Assembly: GCA_021613535.1 (NCBI GenBank)
Contig: CP075494.1
Coordinates: 16,802,001 to 16,866,000, forward strand
Source of the DNA: Adineta vaga
Taxonomy: Eukaryota > Animalia > Rotifera
DNA length: 64,000 nucleotides
Reading direction: 5' to 3'
The notes beneath the pieces were generated by a model. That model did not search any database, had not been told where the DNA came from, and worked only from the letters and a program-made list of their open reading frames with translations. The stretch's first letter is position 1, and each line of letters opens with the position of its first letter. Of this stretch, positions 1-11,375 are shown one piece after another. The position numbers were made by a program, and so were the translations under genes.

Positions 1-1319
1 GCAGACTAGACGTTTGTTTAAGAAACTTCTAGTAACTAAAATCTGTAGGGATTAATGAACTTTTAAGAAGTTTCAAGTACTTCAATGCATGAACTAAGGC
101 AAATCTTTGTCGTATTTTTAGCGTGATGACCGACCGAGTTATATCCTTACAACAAAGGATCGGCATCAATTTCGATTCATAACTTGTTATCATTATTAAG
201 AAACTGAAACTAACTTTTTATTATGCATAGAAGTTTTGATTCTCATTAAGAATTTTGTTGTAGAAGTGTTGCTTTGAATATAAGGTCTAGCGGGGTTTGC
301 GTTGTGCTTCTTGTTATTCGAAATTTCTAAATATTCTGAGCACTGTTATATTTCTTTCAGAAAATAGTCAGCGAATCCGAAGGGTGAGCCTTACTTGTGA
401 GCTATAAGATAAACAAGTTCAGTTAATTATTAGGACGTAAATGGTCCGTCCGGCGTCGTCGATGGAACAGACTAAAACAATTACTGGTGAATAATATTCA
501 ATACAATAATGAAATAATTCTTAACACAATAAAAGAACATTTCCTCAGAAGATATTACAAATCAATATCTACGTAATATTTAAGCACTTTTGTCATAATT
601 GAAGTCTATATGACACGGCCATATTCTTATATACATGATTTATATCATTAAGTAGCTTACCAATAATAATATATCCTGATTATTAACTCGAACATTTAGT
701 AGAAAATATCTACATGACTTATAAAACATAGGATTGAAATAAAAAATTAAAGTTTTGATGAATTCGCACTTTTTCCTCAAATAATAATTCGTAAAACCCA
801 CTGTCATTGATATCGTATGCTATCACCTAGTATATGAAATACTTTGAGAATAATATATATATATAAATAAATCGATATATCTGTATGATAAGATGTGCAA
901 GTATTTGTTGGAATACTACTGTCATGAAAATTTTTACAAATTCGCATTAGGATTGAGATACCGCGTTCTTCTTAACATTAAGATTGAGTTAAGCTCTCGT
1001 CGATGATCAGTGTATTTCCTAAATATTTATTCAAATTAATAAATGTAAGGATAGAAAACGAACACTAATGAAGGTATTTTATATTAAAGCATTTTACACA
1101 ACATGATCGTGTTGTGACTTTCACACACATAATGTAAACATAAAATTCACAATAATTTGGAGAAAAGGACTAAAGAAAACATGTGTGTTAGTGATCTGTC
1201 ATACACAACACATGATTTTTATTTTCGGTAAATGAAGGTCAAAAGCATGTCTGTCGATTTATATTCATCGTTTCACAGCACATTGATAAACAATGAATGC
1301 AAACACTACTTTGCTTTAA

Positions 1320-1533
1320 GTACTGGCTTCCCACTTTCTCTTTTTCTCTTTTTCTTTTGAGAAAATATTTGCTTGACGTATTTTTTCCCCTTTTTTCTCA
1401 AAAAACTTAAATATTACTTAATATAAGTCTGTAACAAATGCGAAGTAGTGATGTGAACAAGAAAGTTCAGAATAAAATCAAAAAAAAGAGAAAAGAAAAA
1501 CAGAGGAAAAAGAGGAGTAGTGAGATGCCAGCT
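1320..1533. mobile_element. Degenerate TTAA-flanked MITE (Kolobok/piggyBac-like)
   Basis: TTAA at 1316-1319 and 1534-1537. Imperfect terminal inverted repeats (gtactggcttcccact.. / ..agtgagatgccagct) continue as mirrored pyrimidine/purine tracts. Confidence 0.35.
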
Positions 1534-1711
1534 TTAAGCATGGTCAAACAATTGTTTACTTGACTACGATAATATTATGTGGCATATTGGTTTCTTCTAA
1601 CTACATTCTATGAAAAAATTGCTTCGAACAAAAAAAACGCATTTGTTTTTCATTCTTGACTTTGTACGTGTGAGTTGTTGCGATTTCGATCATTTTTTTT
1701 CTTGTATGTAA

Positions 1712-2413
1712 ATGGCGACTGGTAAGTGCGAAAAATTTCGCGTTGGTCGTGAATTCCTAGAAAGTGTTTTATGGCCTTTCGCGATGCGGAAACCCGATCA
1801 TGATCGATGTTATTGTAATCAATGTTATCCAGCTACTCTCTCAAACACATTGACTGTCGCTGGTTATACGAATGTCATTCCACGTGGATGGACTCGTTTT
1901 GCTGTTTCTGTTGACGAAGCTTTCTTCAATCATCATGATGTATGGAAAAAATGGCTTAACTGTTATCATGGAACAAGTATTGAGAGTGCAAAATCTTGTG
2001 TTGAGCATCGACAATTACTACTACCAAGTGATGTAACAATGCATGGTAAGAAACTAGCAATACGCGACGGTCATATTCCAGGAGAGATATTTGTTTTCAC
2101 TACACCATCAATTAGTTATGCTGCACTCGAGTGTTATGCACATACATATAACTTTATATCACCTCATAATTCAAAACTCTATACAATAAAAGTAGCATTA
2201 CAGTGTAAACAAAAAGCTGATTCAATTATTGTTCAACCAGAAACAGTTGGTGCGAGTCAGAAAGAAATAAAAATATGTCCTTTTATATCGAATGATAAAT
2301 TGGAATGGAAAACACAAAATCGATCCACTGTTATGATTTACGGATTAATGCTAGAAATAAAAAAATGTAATCAGAGCAACGTTATCGAACCGGCACCACT
2401 GCTAGTAGTTTAA
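1712..2413 (+). CDS. NEURL4-like ADP-ribosyltransferase (H-Y-E clade ART) domain; probably the first coding exon of an ART-HEAT gene
   Basis: 233-aa ORF with CYCxxC, PRGWTRF, catalytic-type CYHGT (H), FTTPSISYA (Y), VALQCKQK..PETVG and LEW (E) motifs in the order seen in the NEURL4 C-terminal ART domain. Confidence 0.8.
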   Translation: MATGKCEKFRVGREFLESVLWPFAMRKPDHDRCYCNQCYPATLSNTLTVAGYTNVIPRGWTRFAVSVDEAFFNHHDVWKKWLNCYHGTSIESAKSCVEHRQLLLPSDVTMHGKKLAIRDGHIPGEIFVFTTPSISYAALECYAHTYNFISPHNSKLYTIKVALQCKQKADSIIVQPETVGASQKEIKICPFISNDKLEWKTQNRSTVMIYGLMLEIKKCNQSNVIEPAPLLVV

Positions 2414-2421
2414 GAATTAAT

Positions 2422-4227
2422 ATGTATATGTTTATTTGTAATTTACCAATTTCCAATCCAAGTGTAGATTTGATACAGTTGCATCTAACAGCACTTAACA
2501 CTAACAACTATAATATTATAGAGAGTGCACGTGAAGCTCTCGTTCGTTTGGGAGACAAAGCAGCAACTAACGAAGTAATTAATACATTGATGAATTTAAT
2601 ATGCGATACAAACGATAAGCGTGGACGCCTAAGTGCATGTACAGTTCTTAGTAATATGGGTAAAAAGGTAGTAACAAACGAAGTTATTGATAGATTACTG
2701 AGCCTCGTCAATCATGCTAATTGGGATGTGTCAGAGAGTGTGTGTGAAGCTCTCGTAAAAATGGGTAAAAAAGAAGGAGCGGAAAAGCTGATTGATAGAC
2801 TGCTGACGCTACTTGAAGATTCTGATAGGAACACCAATCAGAGTGCATGTGAAGTTCTCGTTCGAATGGGTGAAAGAATAGCAAATAATGAGGTGATTAA
2901 TATATTGTTGAATTTAATATGTGACACGACCGATACGCATGTTCGTCTGAATGCATGTACAGTTCTTACCAGTATGAGACAAAAAACAGCAAGTAACGAA
3001 GTTATTGACAGATTGCTGAGTTTAGTTGGTCATACAGACTGGGACTTGATACAAAATGCGTATCAAGCTCTATCTCTAGACCAGCGTGGTGAAAAAGTCG
3101 CAATTAATGAAGTGATTCATAAGCTATTAATTCTAGCTGGTGATTCAGATCGGAACACTACTCAACAAACATGTGAAGCTCTTATTCAAGCAGGTGATAA
3201 AACAGCAATGAAGAAAGTTATTGATGGACTACTGTATCTAGTCAACGATGCTAATAAGTACGTAAGATGGTGCGCATCTGAAGCTCTTGGTAATATGGGT
3301 AAAACAATCGCAACAAAAGAAATAATTGATGGATTATTAACAATCGTAACTCATTCAGACTGGCACATGAAGCAGAGTGCATGTACAGCTCTCGGTAAAA
3401 TAGGTGAAAAAGCAGCAACCAAAGAAGTAATTGATACGCTGCTGAATCTAGTTGGCGATATAGATAAACACGTAAAAAGAACTACTTGTGTAGTTCTTGG
3501 GAAAATGGGCAAAAAAGCAGCAACTAAAGAAGTGATCAACAAATTACTGAATCTAGTCGATCATACAGACAAATACGTCAGTCTGAGTGCATGTGATGCT
3601 CTCCTGCAAATGGATGAAAAAGCAGCAACGGAGACAATGATTAATAGATTGCAGAGTCTAGTTGGTGACACAAATGAATACGTCTGTGTGAGTGCATGTG
3701 CAATTCTAAGTAAGATAAAGGAAACAGTAGCAAGCAAGGAAGTGATTAATGGCTTGTTGAGTTTTGTCGGTGCTAGAGATGGAGATGTGAGACGGCGTGC
3801 ATACGAAGCTCTTGGTAATATGGGTGACGTGGCACAAACGAATCACGTGATAGAAGTGTTAATAGATAGAACGGAGAGATATAATGATAATTTACATGAA
3901 ATATTTTTAGCTGTTGAAAAGATCCTGAATGCGTCGTCATGTTTGTCATATTTAAAAGATGAAACTGTCCAGAAAATATGGAAGCACATCCAAGAGAATG
4001 ATGAAAACTTTTTGGAAGCCATATCTCCTGAGATATTCATTAAAACGTTGCGAGATACGAAAATTTTGTCGTGGCTTTCTGTCATTAAGCATATTTTTAT
4101 TATGAACGGATATGGTATTACTATTAGCGGAGCGACTATCAAAGTGTATGGTAGCAAAAATCCAGTTGATTTATTCTGTACAGATACAGAACTTTGCCAA
4201 CAGATGGAATATTTCTTTTCTAATTGA
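2422..4227 (+). CDS. HEAT-repeat (PBS-lyase-like) solenoid protein, ~13 repeats of ~35 aa
   Basis: 601-aa open ORF with recurrent VRxxACxALxxMGEKAATxEVIDxLLxLVxD units. The first ~15 codons are AT-rich and intron-like. Confidence 0.85.
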   Translation: MYMFICNLPISNPSVDLIQLHLTALNTNNYNIIESAREALVRLGDKAATNEVINTLMNLICDTNDKRGRLSACTVLSNMGKKVVTNEVIDRLLSLVNHANWDVSESVCEALVKMGKKEGAEKLIDRLLTLLEDSDRNTNQSACEVLVRMGERIANNEVINILLNLICDTTDTHVRLNACTVLTSMRQKTASNEVIDRLLSLVGHTDWDLIQNAYQALSLDQRGEKVAINEVIHKLLILAGDSDRNTTQQTCEALIQAGDKTAMKKVIDGLLYLVNDANKYVRWCASEALGNMGKTIATKEIIDGLLTIVTHSDWHMKQSACTALGKIGEKAATKEVIDTLLNLVGDIDKHVKRTTCVVLGKMGKKAATKEVINKLLNLVDHTDKYVSLSACDALLQMDEKAATETMINRLQSLVGDTNEYVCVSACAILSKIKETVASKEVINGLLSFVGARDGDVRRRAYEALGNMGDVAQTNHVIEVLIDRTERYNDNLHEIFLAVEKILNASSCLSYLKDETVQKIWKHIQENDENFLEAISPEIFIKTLRDTKILSWLSVIKHIFIMNGYGITISGATIKVYGSKNPVDLFCTDTELCQQMEYFFSN

Positions 4228-4881
4228 CGATGTAAATCATTTTGCATATACAAGCAATTGTAGGTGTAATATATATATAAATAACGTGACTGCTAATAGT
4301 ACTTTTCTTTCATAGAAAAAATAAAAATTGAAAACCTTTTATTCGAAATAAACAAACGACATAGATTTGTGCGAAGACTTTTGCAACAGGGGTTACGTTT
4401 AGAATATTTTTGATTCCTGTTACTACTATCGCTACAGGTGCTTAACAAGTCCTCTCGTATCAACAATGCTAATAAAATAAAAAACATATTTATTTGATTT
4501 AATATGTAGATACAATTATGGTAATCAAATTATTATATTTTAGTCGAATAGAAATCTACATTTTATCTAAACTAGTGTTTATGTGACTGCATGGAATTTG
4601 ACTTACATTTATTAAGAAAAGAAAAACAAATTGTAAGTTGCAACTTATTCGTAAATGCAAGCATTTTCTTCCAGTTTGAAAATGGTCAAAAATAATTTTT
4701 CTCTGAAGCAACCTTTTCTTTATCTATGATTTTTTTCTCAGTCATATCTTTTGATATTCTCTTTATTTTACTCTTTTTAAAAATGTTTTATGTTGATATT
4801 AGACTATATAAATCTAGTTCAAGTTATTTCGTAACTTTCATCAAATATCACATCAGAAATCTGTGCATCGGTTACATTTTA

Positions 4882-5015
4882 ATGGAAGATTCACGATTAC
4901 TTAATCTTTCTCTAGAAATACTTCATCGTATTTTTGACTTCTGTGATACTCGAACAATTCTTTGCAAGATTGGTTGTATTTGTAAGAAATCACATTTTTG
5001 TTGTAAATCAATATG
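4882..5015 (+). pseudogene. F-box N-terminal fragment with a frameshift, truncated at a telomere-like motif
   Basis: MEDSRLLNLSLEILHRIFDFCDTRTILCKIGCICKK, then a frameshift to HIFVVNQYD. Matches the F-box LxxLPxEIL..IF..L..C pattern; similarity stops at 5016. Confidence 0.55.
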
Positions 5016-5084
5016 ATCTTGAGGGTGTGGGTGTGGGTATTCGCTTATCGATCATCTGCACCCTTACACCGACACAATCAAAAT
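5016..5084. repeat. Telomere-like palindromic element (TCTTGAGGGTGTGGGTGTGGGT ... degenerate CACCC arm)
   Basis: G-rich arm 5016-5040, spacer, then a degenerate C-rich arm ~5058-5084. Confidence 0.75.
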
Positions 5085-5368
5085 GCTCCGAATTCAAAGA
5101 TTTCTTCAAAAATAGATGGTCATCGTCATTCATAGTCGTGGATGATGAATTGCTTGAATGATTTAAAACTCGATTGCCATTTACTTGTACTGTTACTAGA
5201 GATCTAAATGTCAACTTCCAATTTCGATTTTCGTTCAATCGATAGAGTGTGATTAGCGATCAGACAAGGCATACAAATTTTTATCAATCAACATCCACAT
5301 TCTCGTTCTTTTTATTAAAACCAACATGAAACAGTAATAAAAACGGCTTTGCTTCAAAGGAAAATTTG

Positions 5369-5635
5369 CTAAGCAAATGACAATTGAATATTTTGAACTG
5401 GCGTTTTTCCTCCAGGTGGAATGTGAACCATCATTTCTTGTTGAAGTAAATTAGCATCGACGCCTGATTCACGATGAGTACAAACATAAAGAATAGAACC
5501 TGGATGAACACTTACTGGTTTTATTTCGAAATTATAACGATGAAGAATAGCTAGAAGTATTGTAACTGTTTTCATGCCAGCTCGGATACCATCGCAGTTC
5601 ATTTGACAAATTGTAATTGTACTTGATTGAGCCAT
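5369..5635 (-). CDS. Small 88-aa protein of unknown function
   Basis: ATG-to-stop ORF with higher GC and more balanced composition than its flanks; minus-strand AATAAA at ~5311-5316. No recognisable family. Confidence 0.4.
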   Translation of the reverse strand: MAQSSTITICQMNCDGIRAGMKTVTILLAILHRYNFEIKPVSVHPGSILYVCTHRESGVDANLLQQEMMVHIPPGGKTPVQNIQLSFA

Positions 5636-6212
5636 GTTTGCAGAAATTTTATGAATAAAGAAATGTTCAATGCAATAGAAATATGTAAGTTCATATATAT
5701 ATCAAATAAAGAAATGTTTGTATGTTATAAGATTGGATGAAAAAACAAAAATGTCAATGACAAAAATATTGAAAAATAAACGTCCAAAACGTTTAAATTC
5801 AAAAAAATAATTCATTATAAAAAAAAATGTCACAAAGTTTTCAAATGTCATGTCATTGTTAATATCAATAGAGGTCTCTCTATATCAAACATCGTACGGG
5901 TGATGGTAGTGGCGTTGATGAAAGAAACACATAGACATTTATCATTCTCCTCGTTATATAATGAATATACATATATATAAAATGAATTCGTTTCAGAATG
6001 AGAATACGATTATTTGTCTATGTAGAAACGAAAAAAGAATAGATGATTTGTTTTTGATAAAAATATTTATTTTGCATTGGAATGTTTCGGATTTATAATT
6101 TTACAACGTACTACAATGAAGTAAACAGTATAAAGTTCAATGGATTACTTTATGAAACAGACAAAAGTATCATAAATAAAAAAGCAGATACCCTTAAAGG
6201 CGATTTAATGTC

Positions 6213-6265
6213 GATGAGGTTGTATGATGTAAGATTATCAGAATACACCCACATCCACCCTCAAG
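6213..6265. repeat. Telomere-like palindromic element (degenerate G arm; ACACCCACATCCACCCTCAAG arm)
   Basis: C-rich arm 6243-6265 ends in the family consensus CCCTCAAG. Confidence 0.6.
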
Positions 6266-6378
6266 TTTAACCTTAGAAATATTTAAATATTTTAAAGAAT
6301 TAAGAAGTTCGTAGCGAGAATGTGGATCTTGATATCAGTTAAATTCACGAACATACATTCCCATCCTTCAAGTATGAG

Positions 6379-6811
6379 TAGAGTCCTGCAGGTCGAGCCA
6401 ACCTGTCCTGACCCGCCCCGCCCGGCCAGGTCAGGACAGGGTAAGGTTATAAAAAATTTTACAGGGCAGGTTGCAGGGTACGAATGTCGTAACCTGTCTT
6501 CAACCTGTGACAAATTTTACACGTGATTCTAGCTCGTTTGGAAGAATTTTAGATAAACGAGCACAATTATTAAGTCTAGATGTTGTCGACGATATGTGAA
6601 TGATTCAAAATTTTCGAGATATGTGATATTGTTTTTGTTTATATTTACTTGCTTTATAATTTGAAATAGATGAATAATATTGTGTAAGAAATTGGTATGA
6701 AAGTTTAGAGTTTTCTTATAATGTGAAATAGGGCAGGGTAGGTTGCAGGTTGCCGAAATCTGAGAAGGGTAGGTTAAAGGTTGCCAAAATATCTTGCCCT
6801 GCAGTACTCTA
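6379..6811. mobile_element. hAT-type MITE
   Basis: TIRs TAGAGTCCTGCAGG / CCTGCAGTACTCTA (13/14). Perfect 8-bp TSD AGTATGAG at 6371-6378 and 6812-6819. GC-rich subterminal CAGG repeats. Confidence 0.9.
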
Positions 6812-7654
6812 AGTATGAGATTCTCGTAGAGTTATTTAAGTCTTTGATTTACAATGATTATACATAATTGTGATTATATTGAAAAATCAATTCTTTATAG
6901 AATTAAAAAAACATTTGGTTAGGTATAACTTTCCACAAACACTATCTTAATCTCAAAATGATCGACGTGTATGTATTCTAAAGGGAAAACAGTTGACTCT
7001 TGAAATTAGGATGAAATCATAGAGAAATCTTTTTTTATCTTTATCAATCGAGTATACTTGTAATTGCTTCTATGAGAATAGAAGATTTGAACGAGATAAC
7101 TTATTATATAGTTTAGTTTGAATCATCTTGAATCAATTTTCTATTCAAGATTTCTTTTTATTATTATTATGATTTTATTCTTATCTGACTTAATATCTGA
7201 TATATAAAACCTTTCAATCCCTCTCGTGCTTTGAATCATTTCAATCTATATCTTCACTCTTGTCACGTTCATTAAATGTTCATCAATATCAATAAAACAA
7301 GAAAGTATAGATTCATAAAAAACCAAAATTCGAAGTAACAGTGTTTTTCAGGATTATAATCACATCAACTTGAGTGCTACAGTAAATGGATGTCTTCCTT
7401 CTTCATCCACATCTTCAAATATATATAATATTGTTAATAAACTATATATTACTTTAAAGATAAATAATATTTTTGCACCATAACACGTGTAAGGTAAAAC
7501 ACAAAATAGTTATTATTATTATTCGAACTGATCATCATATTTGATGCTTGAATGATTTTGATATATATTTTTTCTCGAAGATTCGATAAAGGATATATAA
7601 AACATTGATATATTCATAAATATTATTTCTTTCGATATTTGTGTTGATATATAA

Positions 7655-8314
7655 ATGGCCTTTAAACAAGTCAAAGCAATTTTTGTTATAACATTATTAA
7701 TTGTTATTATTCATCAATGCTTATCGAAAGATATGAAATCATCTAAACGAACAAAAGATGGTTTTTATGAAAGAAATGTCAAATCTGATGTATTCAAGAA
7801 ATTCATATTCGCTCAACGTGGTGAAGTTACTTGTCCTGAACCTTATAAACGAGATTTGGAAGTTTGTACATGTAATTATCTTATAAAAGATGAAGACATT
7901 GATGGTTATGGAAAATATGCTGTTACAATTGATAATTATAATGCTGTTACAGTTAATAATGACGTTGTAACTAAAGTTGGTGGTAGTTGTGGTCCTACTT
8001 GTCCTAAAGGCTACAAACCTTTGCATGCTACTAATCCTGATTGGACGAAATACTATACTGGTTATGGTGATAACATTGAATCTCGAGAGTACGTTCGCAT
8101 GTATAATTTTCCTAAGGTTGATCGAAATGCTGCTGATCCATATTCTTTTCTCCCTTTTTATACAATTAAAGATACTTATAGTAAGTATTTTTGTATCATT
8201 TTTAATTCGATGTATTATATTGATTTATTTTAAGTTTCTGCTCCAAATTCACCATGGATAATTCTTCCAGACTATTCCAAAAGAATTGCTTTTCGTGTAT
8301 GCCAAAAATTATAA
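7655..8314 (+). CDS. Secreted ~201-aa cysteine-containing protein, 2 exons (7655-8180, 8235-8314)
   Basis: Signal peptide (MAFKQVKAIFVITLLIVIIHQCLS). Phase-1 54-nt intron gtaagt..ttaag; exon 2 is in frame and ends FRVCQKL*. Confidence 0.75.
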
Positions 8315-8577
8315 AAGAAAATCAAAAGGTATCATTTTACTCAAATTTTTTTTGTCTTTAGAAAAAATTTTCTTTCGATTTTAGTTCCAAGAATATATCG
8401 AATATTCATCGTAGTTCAATATTCACAAACAAAAACTTATTAACTTTTAATCTGTAGTTTTTTCTTTTCTTTTTAATTCATTTCAAATAAATTCATGTAT
8501 CTTTTTTTTTAAAATTAATGTTGTTACATATTCTTTTTCAAATAATATATTCACATTGAAAAATTTGCTTTCTAGCG

Positions 8578-8600
8578 TCGGGGTGGGTGTGGGTGTGAAT
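8578..8600 (+). repeat. Telomere-like G-rich arm (GGGGTGGGTGTGGGTGTGAAT)
   Basis: Direct match to the TGTGGG unit. Confidence 0.6.
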
Positions 8601-8955
8601 TAGTGCCTGACGTGACCGAGGTCAGATGTACACATTTTATTAGTGAAATGTGAACAAGAACATATCACTGTGAAACGAAAGAATGAATAAAAACATTTTT
8701 AATATAGAGGAACCGAATTTCTCTTAATAAATAAATGATGAACAACTTAACATCAATTATAAACACATTATCAAAAGAAAATTTGTTGAAATGATTTTCT
8801 GATCAAATATGTGCTTGACCATATTTTTTGTCGTTATTGTGTTTTTGATTTTTGATTCTTTTGATGTAGAAAAATATAATAAATTCGTGAAGGAAGTTGA
8901 AAATATGAAACTATTTATACCGTGAAATATTTGTTTCATGAATACAAACAATGCG

Positions 8956-9023
8956 AGTAGAGTGTGTGGTTGTGAGATGGATGTAATACTTAGACTCACA
9001 TCGATACCCACGCCCACCCTCAG
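8956..9023. repeat. Telomere-like palindromic element
   Basis: Degenerate G arm, then ACTCACATCGATACCCACGCCCACCCTCAG. Confidence 0.6.
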
Positions 9024-9740
9024 TTGTGTTATTGGTGATCGATGTCATTCTTATACAAAAGGTATTGAAGTGACAATCAATGATATTTTACGCAATAAAA
9101 TTCAACAAAAAAAAAATATTTAACAATCAATCAATCATTATTTGTTAAATTGAGTGCTATTTTCACAATGCTTATGTTTGTTGAAGGTGTAATTAATAGT
9201 ATTCTCTCTCTATTAACTTTTCAAAATATTGAATTACGAAAAATTGGTTCTCAAATAAATATTTCTGCAAGTATATCTTTTTATCGAGTTGGTTGTATCA
9301 TAGTTGAACCACTTTTTAAAATTCTCGTCTATCTCGATGCTTGGCTAAATGGTTGTTTCGCTATTGAACGAACTCTTAATGTTTACAAAGATCTTCAATT
9401 TAATAAAAAGAAAAGTCGACATGCCACTCGATGGATTGTAAAAATCCTACCGATTTTTATCTTGGCTACAATCATTCATAAACCTATACATCGACATTTA
9501 TTTGAATATACAAAATTATAATACAATTATTTTATTTGTTCAGCTTTATATATTAGATTTGGAACTGCTCGTCAACGATCAACAATTCGAACTGAACAAA
9601 CATTTCGAGAACTTGTTGTCAAACAATTTAATGAAAATAAACAATTGGTCATTAGTTCTTTGATTCTTTTATGTTTATCATTGCCACGTTTGATCATTTC
9701 ATTAATGTCTGCATTTATAAATGTATCGAATAATCGTTCA
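9024..9740 (+). pseudogene. Decayed C-terminal 7TM part of an EGF-linked rhodopsin-like GPCR
   Basis: Fragments across frames: CVIGDRC..TKGI..INDILR; INSILSLLTFQN..RKIG; WLNGCFAIER; ISSLILLCLSLPRLIISL. Stops, deletions and frameshifts present. Confidence 0.65.
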
Positions 9741-10259
9741 ATAAGAAGGAGCATCATTCTCAAAAACAGTATGCAACTCATCGTGAACAGTTTTTGCTTC
9801 AATATTAAATGCAGTACGCAATTCGATGTAGAAACGAAAGTTCTCTTTATCCATTAATATCACAAATGAAGAATGTCGAGACTCGATTCTGCTTTATTAT
9901 TTCTTTCACTTTGTAAAGACCATAACGATATACGACATGTGCACATTTGGATAAACGATGAAGCTTCAGAAGAGGCGAGCGAAAAAAGAAAAAGAAAGAA
10001 TAGAAAAAAATCAAGTAAAAAATGTATGACAGAGACTATATGAAAATTTTTTCTGTATCATTCTATGTAAAAAGAAACTTTTGTCAAGCTTATTAAGTGA
10101 TCCTAAAATTTCGTTGACACTACTTTTGGGTACTCCTATGTGTATACGTATATCAAAGAATAAAATATCAATCGATTGCCTCCTTTTCGTGATTGCAGAT
10201 ATCATTTTCTGATTTCTTTTATCGTTTATAGTAGTTTTTTAGTTGAATTGCAATAGCAA

Positions 10260-10991
10260 CTACGTTTGAATGATTGTCATCACTGTAGTTGTGACACGTC
10301 TCATTCTCCATTTTCGAATGCAAAATGTGATAATTTTAACCATTCGTGTTACTATCAGTCCCAACGCTTTTGTCAAACCATCAATCAATCCAACTAATGT
10401 GGTAACAATATAAATTACACTATTCTTTGTCGGATGAGTATAAATACATTGTGATGGTCGACAGTCATTGTAATAATTCTCATATATTATTGATGAATTC
10501 CATTCTTCGACCATCAATTGATTAACAAGTTCTTGAATTGTTGAGTTTTCAAAATAACGACTTGACAATGATTTGTCAAGAGCTGTTGTGTTGAGTGTTA
10601 CACCCATCTGCTTATATGATTTTAATTGACTTAAACATGTGTCATCATAAAAACATCGAAGATCAGATTCAAGTAATGATTCCATCACATAGCATCCGAC
10701 ATAAATACCTGGCACAACAAATGACACAGTGGCTTCAGTAAAATAAAAAATCTTAGATTGATAAGTACAGGTAGCTGAAGTCGCACAGCTACAATTCCCG
10801 AACTTGATTGGATAACTCGAAAGGTTAATGCGTCCTCCAAAGAATATATAATTAGTATTTATACTAGAGAATAAAGCGTTGCTTTGAGTTGTGCCTTGTA
10901 TTGTAGATAAAGATAGCAAAAACTTATTGGTCGTTGACCGTATGACTTGATCTTTCAATGTTGAAATTTGTGATTCAAATACGTCGAAAGC
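10260..10991 (-). pseudogene. 5'-truncated fragment of the Cys-rich ectodomain/TM module family (paralog of the modules in 35103-52417)
   Basis: CSCATSATC, GIYVGCYVMESLLESDLRCFYD, LMVEEWNSSIIYENYYNDCRPSQCIY and TM LVGLIDGL match the module motifs. The ORF N-terminus (10992-11105) is telomere-motif/MITE sequence, not coding. Confidence 0.7.
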
Positions 10992-11375
10992 TGGGTGAGG
11001 GTGTGGGTGTGGGTGTGAAATATTTGTATGAGAAATAACTGTAACCACCATATGATGCGTTATAGTGATTTCCGGGAAATTGTATTTGTTCTCCATTATG
11101 GACATGTCATCATAAATCTGTTACGTATGTCCCCAATGTCCAGAAAAGCATAATTCATTCGTTTCGAGGAAATCTGCTAACCCGTGTCAGCTTTTATCAT
11201 ACATGATCATCTACTAGACTGAGGGTGCTTCGAAACGTGATGAGGGTTTATGTCTGGCACCCGATTTATATGCCCTATATGCCTACTCTCAGATCTTGCT
11301 TTGGTATATGTGGTGAAAATGAATCTCCCGGAAATCGCTATAACACATCACAAATCGTACCCACACACCCACCCT
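10992..11375. repeat. Telomere-like palindromic element split by a MITE (G arm 10992-11017; C arm 11359-11375)
   Basis: TGGGTGAGGGTGTGGGTGTGGGTGTG ... ACCCACACACCCACCCT. A further C arm lies at ~11426-11447. Confidence 0.7.
11053..11350. mobile_element. MITE with ~29-bp TIRs
   Basis: TGATGCGTTATAGTGATTTCCGGGAAATT vs the reverse complement of the right end, TGATGTGTTATAGCGATTTCCGGGAGATT (26/29). No clear TSD. Confidence 0.7.

Noticed and set aside
1712-4227. Bacterial-style two-gene operon or contamination
   Set aside because: Surrounding genes have spliceosomal introns and eukaryotic TEs; the junction is better explained by an intron.
10992-11105. HPHPHP/THTHT/GVGVG peptides in ORFs (also 4934, 8757, 30041, 30046)
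   Set aside because: These are translations of the TGTGGG/CCCACA motif, not real protein features.
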